Below, piece by piece: positions 28,861 through 37,964 of a stretch of 62,614 bases of DNA. Each line of letters begins with the position of its first letter. Position 1 is the stretch's first letter. Below the pieces are notes generated by a model. It did no database searches, was not told the origin of the DNA, and saw only the letters and a program-made list of their open reading frames with translations. This DNA comes from a bacterium (GTDB lineage Bacteria > Patescibacteriota > Patescibacteriia > JACPHY01): assembly GCA_030646955.1 (NCBI GenBank), contig JAUSKM010000033.1, positions 1 through 62,614 on the forward strand. The letters run 5' to 3'. Position numbers and translations under genes: made by a program.

Positions 28861-30273
28861 ATGTCATCCACAAAGCGCACAAAGATTGTTGCGACGATTG
28901 GTCCGGCGTCGGAGCAGGTGGCGATCCTCACGCAGCTCGTTGCTGCGGGCATGAACGTGTGTCGTCTCAACATGTCACACGGAACGCACGCGTGGCATGC
29001 GGCGGCGGTTGCGCGTATTCGCAAAGTTGCCAAGCAGACCGGGGAGCCGCTGGCGATTCTGGCAGACCTTCAGGGGCCAAAGATCCGCGTGGGCGAGCTG
29101 CCGGAAGCCGGTGTCACGTTGACACAGGGAAAGCCGGTGACGTTCACCACCGGCACGACGCGTTTTGATGGGCGAAAGATTCCGTTGACGCACCGCGCGC
29201 TCCATGCGGACGTGCGACCGGGCCAGCGCATCCTCCTGGATGATGGACTGATCGAGGTACTCGTCGCAAAAGTGCGGGAACGCGATATCCTGTGCACGGT
29301 GGTGACGGGCGGCGTGCTTACGTCGCATAAGGGTATGAATCTCCCGGAGACGCGGCTGCGCGCGCCGGCGATGTCGCCGAAGGATCGGCAGGACGCCGCG
29401 TTTGCAGTGGAACATGGCGCGGATTGGATCGCACTTTCGTTTGTGCGCGAGGCAAAGGATGTACTCCAGCTGCGCCGGCTCGTTCGGCAGTTGGGCGGCA
29501 ATCAGAAGATCATCGTGAAGATTGAGAAGCCGGAAGCCATCGAGCATTTTGATGCGATCCTCGCCGCGGCAGACGGCATCATGGTAGCGCGTGGCGATCT
29601 GGGCGTGGAGCTGCCGGCGGAGGAGGTGCCCATTCATCAGAAGACCATGATTGAGGCGACGCGCGCGGCGGGAAAGCCCGTCGTCGTTGCCACGCAGATG
29701 CTGGACTCTATGATCCGCAACCCGCGTCCGACGCGTGCGGAAGTTTCAGATGTCGCGAATGCGATTTTGGATCATACAGATGCCATTATGCTCTCCGGAG
29801 AGAGTGCAACAGGGAAGTACCCGGTGGAAGCGGTTACGATGATGCGGCGCATCGCGGAGGAGGTGGAACCCACGGCGCTTGACGATATCACGCCGGCGCT
29901 CGCCCCGCGTGGGCGATGGGATCCCGCAGACGTTGTGGCAGAGTCCGCGGCGCTCCTGGCCGCGCATATCCCGCAGGTTGCGGGCATCCTCGTTGCGACA
30001 TCCACCGGCCGCACGGCGCGTCGCGTCGCACGGTTCCGTCCGCAGCTCCCCATCTTTGCCGCAGCACCAGAGGAGCAGGTGGTACGGCAGCTTAATCTTT
30101 CGTACGGCGTGATCCCGCTGCGCGTGCCAATGTGCGAAGGTGCGGTGTTCCTCCGGCACGCCCGCGCTGCACTGGTGAAACGCGCACACATCGCGGCGGA
30201 CGCGAAGCTCATCATGGTGACGGGGGAGCCCTGGGGGCAACCCGGCAGCACGAATCGCATTGCGGTGGTGTGA
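28861..30273 (+). CDS. pyk: Pyruvate kinase
   Basis: KIVATIGPAS, MNVCRLNMSHG, KIEKPEAI and MVARGDLGVE motifs. Start moved from 28834 to MSSTKRTKIV. Confidence 0.95.
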   Translation: MSSTKRTKIVATIGPASEQVAILTQLVAAGMNVCRLNMSHGTHAWHAAAVARIRKVAKQTGEPLAILADLQGPKIRVGELPEAGVTLTQGKPVTFTTGTTRFDGRKIPLTHRALHADVRPGQRILLDDGLIEVLVAKVRERDILCTVVTGGVLTSHKGMNLPETRLRAPAMSPKDRQDAAFAVEHGADWIALSFVREAKDVLQLRRLVRQLGGNQKIIVKIEKPEAIEHFDAILAAADGIMVARGDLGVELPAEEVPIHQKTMIEATRAAGKPVVVATQMLDSMIRNPRPTRAEVSDVANAILDHTDAIMLSGESATGKYPVEAVTMMRRIAEEVEPTALDDITPALAPRGRWDPADVVAESAALLAAHIPQVAGILVATSTGRTARRVARFRPQLPIFAAAPEEQVVRQLNLSYGVIPLRVPMCEGAVFLRHARAALVKRAHIAADAKLIMVTGEPWGQPGSTNRIAVV

Positions 30274-30284
30274 GTCCTCTTTCC

Positions 30285-30315
30285 GTCATTGCGAGGAGTA
30301 TTCGACGTGGCAATC
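30285..30315. repeat. Repeat family B, solitary arm
   Basis: gtcattgcgaggagtattcgacgtggcaatc matches the reverse complement of the 3' arm of the 50284..50373 element, with 2 mismatches in 31 nt. Confidence 0.75.
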
Positions 30316-30337
30316 TTACACGGCGTGAAGGCAGTGC

Positions 30338-31837
30338 ATGCGTGGTATGGCGGCACTCACGGAAAACCAAACGAAGTATCGAAGCGTTCCGATGTTGCGA
30401 TCTGTCGGCGGGAGCATACCGCGCGACGTGCTTGGGATCATTCCCGAGCTTGTTGCGCGGACGACGCGGATGGTTCCATTTGCGTGGACATCGGGCGGCG
30501 TGAAGGTTGCAATGGAGGATCCGTACGATACGGCGCTGCACCACATCATCGAAAAGCGCGTTGGCGTTCCTGTCATCCCGCATGCCGCATCCGTTGATGC
30601 GCTTGACGGTGCGCTCGCGCAGTACGGCGTTGATTCGCGTGATGACGTGCGCATGTTACTCCGTGATGCGCGTGCAGATGATGCAATTGATGCACTCGTG
30701 CGTTACGCACAAGCAAATGATGCTGCGGATATCGTGATGGTGTTCCGGCGCGATGGTGCTGCGATCTCTGCGCGTGTTGATGGTTTCCTCGTGCCAGTGC
30801 TCACGGCACCGGCGAGCGCTGGCATCCTCTTGCTCGCGGCGTTGCGGCAGCGGATAGGTCAGCCGCATCACATGCACCGCGCCGCGCACCGGGGAACGTT
30901 CCGCGTCGCGCAAGGACGTACGAAGAGCACGGATGATTCCATTGCGGTACGTTGCGCCGTGATGCCCGCACATGATGGGGAGCGCGCGGTGCTCTGCATC
31001 GCCAATGCCGCGTTGCGACAGCAGTCGATTGAGACGCTCGGGTGGCCAGCACATGTCCTCGCTATTGTTCGTCGGGCGCTCATGCGCTCCTCGGGACTCA
31101 CGGTGATTGTCGGACCGCCCGGTGCAGGTAAAACCACGGCGTTGTATGCGCTCGTTCGGCTCCTCGCGCGTGATGGAACTAGTACTGCCGCAGTGGAGGA
31201 GCGGATCGCGTGCGATCTTGAAGGCGTCCAGCAGTTGGAGGCGCAGCGCGGGGCAATGACTGAAGCGCTCCGCGCGATCCTTCGTGAGAGCCCCGCAGTT
31301 ATTGCGGTGGATGCGCTTGATGATCCTGAGGCAGTCGCGATGGCGCTGCATGCTGCGCTCGCGGGACGGCGCGTCATTGCAACAATGGATGTTCCAGATG
31401 CGGCGACGGCGCAGCAGCGACTCCGTGCGGCACATGTCAGCAGTCACGTACTTGCCGCCGTGCCGTACGTCATTGTTGTGCAGCGGCTGGTGCGTGCCGC
31501 ATGCCCCGCGTGCGTTGTCGCGCGACACCTCACGGAAACGGAGCAGCGGGTGCTCGCCGCGGATGCGGAGGCGATGACTGTCTTCGAGGCGATGGAGGGC
31601 GTTGTGATGCAAACGACCGTCGTACCCAGCGTCAGGGGTTGTGATGCATGTGGGTACACCGGGTATCGGGGTTTCGCGTGCATCGCTGAAGCGCTGGATT
31701 CGCGTGCCGTAGACCAGGGTGTGGATGCGCCGCGCGCGTCGTTGCTCGCCGCTGGCATGTCGCGTGCGCTCGCGCATGAGACGACGCTTCAGGAAGTGCT
31801 TCGTGTGTGTCGATCAGGGGATCGGTGTGCGGCGTGA
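30338..31837 (+). CDS. GspE/PilB-family secretion ATPase homologue, divergent and possibly non-catalytic
   Basis: It has an N-terminal T2SSE_N-like domain, a Walker A (GPPGAGKTT) and a tetracysteine motif (CPAC...CDACGYTGYRGF). The positions of the Asp box, Walker B and His box are degenerate (VEERIA, VIAVDALDD, VIATMDVPD). Confidence 0.65.
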   Translation: MRGMAALTENQTKYRSVPMLRSVGGSIPRDVLGIIPELVARTTRMVPFAWTSGGVKVAMEDPYDTALHHIIEKRVGVPVIPHAASVDALDGALAQYGVDSRDDVRMLLRDARADDAIDALVRYAQANDAADIVMVFRRDGAAISARVDGFLVPVLTAPASAGILLLAALRQRIGQPHHMHRAAHRGTFRVAQGRTKSTDDSIAVRCAVMPAHDGERAVLCIANAALRQQSIETLGWPAHVLAIVRRALMRSSGLTVIVGPPGAGKTTALYALVRLLARDGTSTAAVEERIACDLEGVQQLEAQRGAMTEALRAILRESPAVIAVDALDDPEAVAMALHAALAGRRVIATMDVPDAATAQQRLRAAHVSSHVLAAVPYVIVVQRLVRAACPACVVARHLTETEQRVLAADAEAMTVFEAMEGVVMQTTVVPSVRGCDACGYTGYRGFACIAEALDSRAVDQGVDAPRASLLAAGMSRALAHETTLQEVLRVCRSGDRCAA

Positions 31838-32269
31838 TCACGGGGACGGCTGCATGCGTGCAGCGCACTGCGTACACGTGCCGAAGAATTCAAGCGCGTG
31901 GCGCTCGATGCTGGCGAACTGCGTCGCGTCGGCCAGGACGCGGTGCGCGAGGCGATCCACGGTGCAGCGTGCAACGTCCGCAACGCGGCCGCAGCCCGTG
32001 CAGACGAGGTGATGGTGGTCGTCTGATGCGATCTCGTAGTGCGCGTGATCATGCTCGAGGTTCACGCGACGGATGATCCCGGCCGTCGTGAGTTGCTGGA
32101 GCGCGCGGTAGAGTGTTGCTTGGTCCAAGGCGCCCCGGAGACGCTGTGCGAGTGTGGGGACGGAGACCGGGCGCGCCGCACGCGCGAGCGCGCCGAGTAG
32201 CGCGATGCGCGCTGGTGTTGCGCGGAGACCGGCAGCGCGGAGGAGTGCGGACGTCTGTGCAGCGGTCAT
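31838..32269 (-). CDS. zur: Fur-family metalloregulator, probably Zur
   Basis: It has a winged-helix N-terminus, HHHLVCTGCG and CTQC metal sites, and is divergent from znuACB. Confidence 0.8.
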   Translation of the reverse strand: MTAAQTSALLRAAGLRATPARIALLGALARAARPVSVPTLAQRLRGALDQATLYRALQQLTTAGIIRRVNLEHDHAHYEIASDDHHHLVCTGCGRVADVARCTVDRLAHRVLADATQFASIERHALEFFGTCTQCAARMQPSP

Positions 32270-32342
32270 ATGGCTCTACTGTGCCACATGCCGCGGCGTT
32301 TTGCAACGGTGTTTGACGGTGCGTGGTAGGCGAGGGATGCTG

Positions 32343-32365
32343 TACATGCGAATTATTTGCATGTA
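32343..32365. promoter_or_regulatory. Candidate Zur/Fur-type operator in the zur-znuA divergent region
   Basis: The inverted repeat TACATGC-gaattattt-GCATGTA with an AT-rich centre is the only strong palindrome in the 109-bp intergenic region. Confidence 0.4.
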
Positions 32366-32378
32366 GATTTTTGGATCT

Positions 32379-33323
32379 ATGCGGCAATTCCGGGTATTCT
32401 TCGCGGTGTGCGTTGTGGTGCTCACGGTGGGTGCCCTGGTCATTGTTTGGCAGCGGAGTGAAACTTCGCGTATTGATGACGGGCGCGTCCACATCGCTGC
32501 AAGCTTCTATCCGCTCGCGGAATTCGCGCGGCAGGTGGGGGGTGATGCCGTGACCGTCGAGACGCTCACGCCCGCGGGCGTAGAGCCGCATGATGTTGAG
32601 CCGACGCCGCGACAGGTTGCAGGCGCGCTGGATGCCGATCTTCTGCTCGTCAATGGTGGCATTGATGCGTGGGCAGTCGGACTCATCCCTGCGGCGGAAG
32701 CTCGTGGTGCCGCGACACTTGCAATGAGCGAGGTGGTGGGCGGCTTGCTTCCTGCAATTGCGGACGAGCATGATGAAGAGGACGGGGATGCGGAGGTATT
32801 CGATCCGCATTTCTGGCTGAGTCCCGTCCATGCGCAGCGAGCAGTGACGGCGATCCTTGATACGCTTGTCGAGATTGATGAAGATCGCGCGGAGCAGTAT
32901 CGGACGAATGCGACTGCGTACCTCGGCACGCTTGCCGCGCTCGACCATGCGTACGCGGATGGGCTCGCGCAGTGCGAGCGGCGCGTCGTGGTCGCTTCGC
33001 ACGCGTCACCCGCGTACCTCGCTGCTGCGTACGATTTTGAGCTGCTCCCGATCGCGGGCCGCTCACCGGACGCGGAGCCATCTGCGGGCGCGCTCGCAAC
33101 GCTTGCACGGGTGGCGCGCTCGCGTGGCGTTCGGCATATTTTCTTTGAGACGCTCGCAAGTCCGGCGCTGGCAGAGACGCTCGCGCGTGAAATCGGTGCA
33201 CAGACGCTCGTATTCAATCCGCTTGAGGGACTCACAGACGCGGAGATCGCGGCAGGCGAGTCGTACGTTTCGATTATGCAGGAGAATCTTGCGAATCTTC
33301 GCACCGCCATGGCATGTCCGTAA
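32379..33323 (+). CDS. znuA: Zinc ABC transporter substrate-binding protein (TroA/ZnuA family)
   Basis: It has a signal/anchor and a cluster-9 SBP pattern (ASFYPLAEFA...EPHDVEPTP...DPHFWLSP). An acidic/His loop DEHDEEDGD is present. Confidence 0.85.
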   Translation: MRQFRVFFAVCVVVLTVGALVIVWQRSETSRIDDGRVHIAASFYPLAEFARQVGGDAVTVETLTPAGVEPHDVEPTPRQVAGALDADLLLVNGGIDAWAVGLIPAAEARGAATLAMSEVVGGLLPAIADEHDEEDGDAEVFDPHFWLSPVHAQRAVTAILDTLVEIDEDRAEQYRTNATAYLGTLAALDHAYADGLAQCERRVVVASHASPAYLAAAYDFELLPIAGRSPDAEPSAGALATLARVARSRGVRHIFFETLASPALAETLAREIGAQTLVFNPLEGLTDAEIAAGESYVSIMQENLANLRTAMACP

Positions 33324-34072
33324 CACAACCCGCTATTGCCGCTGAACACCTGACGCTCCAACGCGGTGGCGAAACTATCTGCGAGGACTTTTCGTTTTCC
33401 ATTACCGCGGGTGCGTACGTTGCGGTTATCGGGCCCAACGGCGGGGGCAAAACAACATTGCTCCGCGCGATCCTCGGGCTTACGGCGCCCACAATCGGCA
33501 CCGTACAGCTCTTTGGGGCGCCGGCGTCTGATGCGCGCGTTCGTCGGCGCGTCGGCTACGTTGCGCAGCGCGGGGGTTCCATTGACCCGCAATTCCCCGC
33601 GACCGTGCGAGAGATCGTCGCGGCTGGGCGCGCGCAATACGGCGGCCTGTTGCGACGGTTGACGGACGAGGATCATCGCGCGATTGCAGATGCGCTCGAT
33701 CGCATGGGTATTGCGCGGCTGCAGGAGCGGCCGCTGGGCACACTCTCCGGCGGGGAACGGCAGCGGGCGCTCCTCGCCCGCGCACTTGCGGCTCGGCCGG
33801 ACCTCTTGGCGCTGGATGAGCCGATTGATGGTTTGGATCCCGCATCGCGGGAGGAATTCTACGCGGCACTGCGCGCGATTCATGACGAAGGGACAACAAT
33901 CCTGTTCGTCACGCATGACGTGCACCGCATTGTCCAAGAGGCCGATACGGCAATTTGTTTGCGTCACGAGTTGGTCTGCCATGGCGCGCATGCGTGCCAC
34001 ATCGGCGGTACGGAATTGCGCAACATCGTGCACCGGAGTCAGGACGAGCTCGCAGAACATCACAGCGTATGA
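33314..34072 (+). CDS. znuC: Zinc ABC transporter ATP-binding protein
   Basis: Walker A GPNGGGKTT, signature LSGGERQR, Walker B LLALDEP. Confidence 0.9.
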   Translation: MSVTQPAIAAEHLTLQRGGETICEDFSFSITAGAYVAVIGPNGGGKTTLLRAILGLTAPTIGTVQLFGAPASDARVRRRVGYVAQRGGSIDPQFPATVREIVAAGRAQYGGLLRRLTDEDHRAIADALDRMGIARLQERPLGTLSGGERQRALLARALAARPDLLALDEPIDGLDPASREEFYAALRAIHDEGTTILFVTHDVHRIVQEADTAICLRHELVCHGAHACHIGGTELRNIVHRSQDELAEHHSV

Positions 34073-34899
34073 CCAATGGCATCTTTGACTTCCTGGCGTT
34101 TGACTTCATGGTCCGCGCGCTCCTGGCGGGGATCGTCCTGGCGTTTGTTGCGCCGACCATTGGCATGTTCTTCGTCGTGCGACGATACGCGGTGATGGCG
34201 GACACGCTCGCGCACATCTCGCTCGCCGGCATTGCCGGGGGACTCTACGTCGGTATCGCGCCGGTGTGGGCTGCACTCCTTGCGTGTGCGCTTGCCGCGT
34301 TGGGTATTGAGCGTCTACGCGAGCAGCGAGTTCTTGCGCCGGACGCGATCATGACGCTGTTCCTCTTTGGCGGCCTCGCGCTCGGTGTCGTGCTCCTGGG
34401 CCTGCGGCCAGCAATCGGCGTGAGCGTGGCAAGTTTTCTCTTTGGGAGCATTTTGACGGTAACCGACGGGTCGCTCACCGCAATCGCAATCATCGGTGCA
34501 TGTACATTCCTCATCACCGTGCTGCTCTGGCGTGCGCTCTTCACGGTTTCCCTCGATGAAGATGTCGCGCGCGCGGGCGGCTTGCCCGTACGGTTCATCA
34601 ACCGTACACTCGCGGTACTAGGAGCTGCGACCATTGCGATCTCCATCAACGTCGTCGGCCTCCTCCTCATCGGCGCACTCATGGTGATTCCCGTGCTCGC
34701 CGCCATGCAGTTTCGCGTTGGATTCCGCGCGACGTGGGCCATCGCACTCGCCGTCGCGGTTCTGTCCGTCGTGATTGGCCTCATGATGTCCTTCTCGCTG
34801 AACCTCGCGAGCGGCGCCACGATCGTCCTCATCACCGTTTTTGCATTCCTCGCGTCGCTCGTCCTCTCGAGATTCGCCGCGAAGGCGCTGCGTTCCTGA
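34069..34899 (+). CDS. znuB: Zinc ABC transporter permease
   Basis: MTNGIFDFLAFDFMVRALLAG is an ABC-3 family start, and the protein is polytopic. An ATGA overlap links it to znuC. Start moved from 33955. Confidence 0.85.
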   Translation: MTNGIFDFLAFDFMVRALLAGIVLAFVAPTIGMFFVVRRYAVMADTLAHISLAGIAGGLYVGIAPVWAALLACALAALGIERLREQRVLAPDAIMTLFLFGGLALGVVLLGLRPAIGVSVASFLFGSILTVTDGSLTAIAIIGACTFLITVLLWRALFTVSLDEDVARAGGLPVRFINRTLAVLGAATIAISINVVGLLLIGALMVIPVLAAMQFRVGFRATWAIALAVAVLSVVIGLMMSFSLNLASGATIVLITVFAFLASLVLSRFAAKALRS

Positions 34900-34962
34900 T
34901 CAGGAACGCGTTCATCCATTTGGAATGGGCGCTGCTCGTGTGTCGTGGTACGATGGCTCACT

Positions 34963-36063
34963 ATGATGCGACGATCCATGGCATTGTTTGCGCTTCTTGC
35001 AATTGCGTCGCTGGGTGTTGCGGGTCCGGTTGCAGCACAGGAAGGGGATACTGTTTCGGAGCAGGGGACGCTCATGGAGGAGGTGATAGACGAGTCCGTG
35101 CTCGGGGTGGTGCGTGAGGTGGCGCAGGGTGGAACGGAAGGCCAGCAGCTCGACGTGGAGGTGCTGGAAGGGTCAGCACGCGGGCGCCGGATCACGCTGG
35201 AGTTCCACGGGCCGGAGCTTGCGGCGGGCGACCAGCTGTTCGTGCGACGACTCGTCACGCTGGATGGCGAGGAGCATTTTCAGGTGGAGGAGATTGACCG
35301 TCGGGGGACATTGCTCGCGTTTGCGGCGCTGTTCGTCCTCGCGGTGCTCGCGCTCGGGCGCTGGCAGGGTGTGCGAGCGCTCGCGAGTTTGGGATTGAGT
35401 ATCGCCGCAATTGTCGGCATCCTTGTTCCGCGAATCCTCGACGGCGCATCGCCGGTCCTCTGGGGGTCGCTGGTCGCGATTGGTATCCTCCTTGTCTCTA
35501 TCGCGCTGACGCACGGTATTAACCGGGCGTCATTTGCGGCATTCCTGGGTACCGCAGGCGCCGTCGGGCTCACGACATTCCTCGCGACCATCGCGGTTGC
35601 GGCGGCCAAATTCTCCGGGCTTGCGAATGATGCGTCGTTCTACCTCGATATTGAGACCGGCGGCGCCATTGATCTACGCGGGCTGTTGCTCGCGGCGATT
35701 ATCATCGGTACCGTCGGCGTACTCGACGACGTTGCCGTGACGCAGGCGGCGGCGGTGGAGGAGCTGCACGACGCATCGCCCACGATCGCGTCGCGGGAGC
35801 TCTTCCGGCGGGCGATGCGCATCGGTCGCGAGCATGTGGGCGCGCTCGTGAACACGCTCGCGCTCGCGTACGCCGGCGCCGCGCTCCCGCTCCTGCTCCT
35901 CTTCCGCGGCGCGCTCGACCCGCTCGGCACCATCGTCAACCGCGAAATGTTCGCCGCCGAAATCATCCGCACCGTCATCGGCTCCATCGGCGTCATCACC
36001 GCCGTCCCCCTCGCCACCGGCTTTGCCGTTCTCTTCGTACACCGGAAACGGACGCGATCATAG
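34963..36063 (+). CDS. YibE/F-family membrane protein
   Basis: A signal peptide and soluble N-domain are followed by multiple TMs typical of YibE/F. The start is one of Met 34963, 34966 or 34978. Confidence 0.65.
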   Translation: MMRRSMALFALLAIASLGVAGPVAAQEGDTVSEQGTLMEEVIDESVLGVVREVAQGGTEGQQLDVEVLEGSARGRRITLEFHGPELAAGDQLFVRRLVTLDGEEHFQVEEIDRRGTLLAFAALFVLAVLALGRWQGVRALASLGLSIAAIVGILVPRILDGASPVLWGSLVAIGILLVSIALTHGINRASFAAFLGTAGAVGLTTFLATIAVAAAKFSGLANDASFYLDIETGGAIDLRGLLLAAIIIGTVGVLDDVAVTQAAAVEELHDASPTIASRELFRRAMRIGREHVGALVNTLALAYAGAALPLLLLFRGALDPLGTIVNREMFAAEIIRTVIGSIGVITAVPLATGFAVLFVHRKRTRS

Positions 36064-36071
36064 CAAGATGC

Positions 36072-36674
36072 ATGAACGTGCATCTCTCTACGTCAGGATC
36101 CTTGTTCGCCCGACACGCGCTCCTGTTCGCGTTGCGGATCGCGCGTGGGAGCATTGTTGCACCCGGCTACCTGCTCCAGGCAGCGGCCTCCATCTTTGGC
36201 ATCGTCGGGGTGCTCATGCTCGCCGGCGCATGGCGCGAGGGACTTGATGATGTCATCTTGACCGCCATCATTCGCATCTTTGGCGTGCGTGATGGCCGAT
36301 ACGCGTGGGATGCAGACGATGTCGTCGCATTCGGAGCAATAATCACCCTTGTATTCGGCATCATCGTTGCAGTCGTGCGGAGTGTACGTGCGCGCACGAT
36401 CGTGCTCCCCACTCGTCCTCGTCTTCGTACGACCGCCCGCTTCGTCTGCGTGAATACGGTCATCAGTTACACGCTCTTCACCGTCGGTGGCAACATCGCC
36501 ATGCAGGAACCCCTCGGATACACCGTGCCCATCATCATAGCCGTCTCGACGATCATCATCTCCCTTGGTGCGTTCGGAGCCGATGCGTTCCTTGGCTTCC
36601 TTCAACAGCATGTTGCCACGCCGTCGTCTACACACCACCCCCGGGATTCCGAAACCGGTACCGCGAAGCAGTAA
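36072..36674 (+). CDS. Hypothetical polytopic membrane protein
   Basis: 200 aa with 5-6 hydrophobic segments. No motif was recognised. Confidence 0.5.
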   Translation: MNVHLSTSGSLFARHALLFALRIARGSIVAPGYLLQAAASIFGIVGVLMLAGAWREGLDDVILTAIIRIFGVRDGRYAWDADDVVAFGAIITLVFGIIVAVVRSVRARTIVLPTRPRLRTTARFVCVNTVISYTLFTVGGNIAMQEPLGYTVPIIIAVSTIIISLGAFGADAFLGFLQQHVATPSSTHHPRDSETGTAKQ

Positions 36675-36740
36675 CGAGGTGCGGGTCTGCATTGAAATGG
36701 TGGTTCGATGATTGTTCTCTTTGCGACGCAGCTACCAAAC

Positions 36741-36771
36741 AAAGAACGCTTCCTTACAGGAAGCGTTCTTT
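36741..36771 (+). terminator. Rho-independent terminator
   Basis: A 13-bp stem aaagaacgcttcc/ggaagcgttcttt with loop ttaca. The 3' arm ends in ttt. Confidence 0.7.
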
Positions 36772-36775
36772 GATA

Positions 36776-36801
36776 CGGGCCGGACGGGACGGTGTTCGAA
36801 C
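36776..36801. repeat. Distal att-like direct repeat (partial copy of the tRNA-Asp 3' end)
   Basis: cgggccggacggga (36776-89) plus ttcgaac (36795-801) equals 41858..41878 except for a 5-nt insertion (cggtg). Confidence 0.65.
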
Positions 36802-37037
36802 AGGACTCCTGCAGGAAATTGCCGAATGGGCTGGAGTCGTGTGGAACGTGGAGGTGTGGGCACGGCAGGCGCAGGGATTACTCGTGGGAGTTTAGAAATC
36901 GAGCGAAAGCGGAGGCCGATACCGTTGGCGGATTCCGGAGCTTGAAATTTCAGTGTTTGATGAGTGGCGCAGAATTTTGGATTCCTCAGTTTCGGCAGAG
37001 ATCTGCAGGGTGTGATATACTTTCCACAGATAGTGTT

Positions 37038-37547
37038 ATGTCTCTCAACCAAGCAAAATACAATTCAAAGAAATTCAAAGAGCTGGTGCTTTATGTGGCC
37101 CAGCAATTTGGTGGCGAGATTAGAGGAAAGAAGCGACTGGCAAAGCTCCTCTACTTTGTTGACTTTGATTTTTTTGAGAAGTACGAGAAACCAGTGACGG
37201 GAAGCGTTTATCGTGCTCTGCCAATGGGTCCTTTTCCGGTCGAATTCCCTGAAGCTATCCGTGAACTAGAGAGTGATGGTTCGCTTTCGACACGCGCTGA
37301 CCAAGAGTGGGGTGAGGGGTACGAACCGACCGTTGTTTACCAAGCAAAACGTGAACCCGACCTCTCCGTTTTTTCGAAGGATGAGGTCGCGATGGTGGAT
37401 CGTGTCATCGGGAAGTACCGTAATCTCACCGGAACAGAGCTTGAGACGCTATCGCATTCGCAGGCCCCATTCGTCGGAACAAAGCCGGGAGAGGACATTG
37501 CCTACGAGCTCTCCTTCTACCGGGAAACCGACTTCAATGATGTTTAG
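37038..37547 (+). CDS. Panacea-domain (DUF4065, SocA-like) antitoxin candidate
   Basis: KKRLAKLLYFVDFDFFEKYEKPVTGSVYRALPMGPFP...LSHSQAPF is the DUF4065 signature. Start moved from 36792 to Met 37038. Confidence 0.8.
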   Translation: MSLNQAKYNSKKFKELVLYVAQQFGGEIRGKKRLAKLLYFVDFDFFEKYEKPVTGSVYRALPMGPFPVEFPEAIRELESDGSLSTRADQEWGEGYEPTVVYQAKREPDLSVFSKDEVAMVDRVIGKYRNLTGTELETLSHSQAPFVGTKPGEDIAYELSFYRETDFNDV

Positions 37548-37908
37548 TGTTGCTCGCCATTCAGCATTTGAGAAGGAGTTCCATGTCCTGTCAAAACGAC
37601 ACGGTCATTTTTTGGATAGGGCCATCGAATCATTCGAGCGTCTCTGTGAGAAACAGTTTGATCCCGTGAGCCCTGTACAGGTGATAGGTCCCGGGAAGTT
37701 GCACATAGTAGTGCAGTATGAGACGTATACGATTCGGAAGGTCGAACTTGCAGTTCCTACGCTGCGCAAGAATCAGTCGCCACGCGTTTGGTTTGCGCTC
37801 TGCGGAACGTCAATGTACTACCTCTGCATCGGAGTGCACGGAGACAACTACAGCGACAATGACATGGACAGAGTCGCCAAAGAGCGTGCGACAGATTTTT
37901 TTAGTTAA
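37537..37908 (+). CDS. Toxin candidate partnered with the Panacea antitoxin; RelE/ParE-like features
   Basis: Its start overlaps the antitoxin stop by 11 nt (ATGATG at 37537). Length is 123 aa. SAFEKEFHVLSKRHGHFLDRAIESFERL and RVWFAL...YYLCIGVHGD resemble the RelE/ParE/HigB layout, but the similarity is weak. Confidence 0.55.
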   Translation: MMFSVARHSAFEKEFHVLSKRHGHFLDRAIESFERLCEKQFDPVSPVQVIGPGKLHIVVQYETYTIRKVELAVPTLRKNQSPRVWFALCGTSMYYLCIGVHGDNYSDNDMDRVAKERATDFFS

Positions 37909-37920
37909 ATTTGTCGGTTG

Positions 37921-37953
37921 CACAAACTCCGCCCTACTAGGGCGGAGTTTGTG
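37921..37953. terminator. Bidirectional hairpin
   Basis: A 14-bp perfect stem cacaaactccgccc/gggcggagtttgtg with loop tacta. It lies between the toxin gene and the minus-strand remnant. Confidence 0.7.
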
Positions 37954-37964
37954 TTTGAGTTACT

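Noticed and set aside
32507-34063. 518-aa minus-strand ORF opposite znuA and znuC
   Set aside because: It is the antisense of genes with unambiguous ABC transporter motifs.
36792-37037. N-terminal 82-codon extension of the Panacea ORF. Similar long upstream extensions occur in track ORFs 6954, 8056, 10134, 12264, 24484, 33955, 43934 (minus), 45256, 57343 and 58239.
   Set aside because: The extensions overlap upstream genes, terminators or the att-like repeat, and they encode Arg/Cys/Gly-rich junk. Internal Met codons with an RBS or stop-start overlap fit the conserved N-termini.
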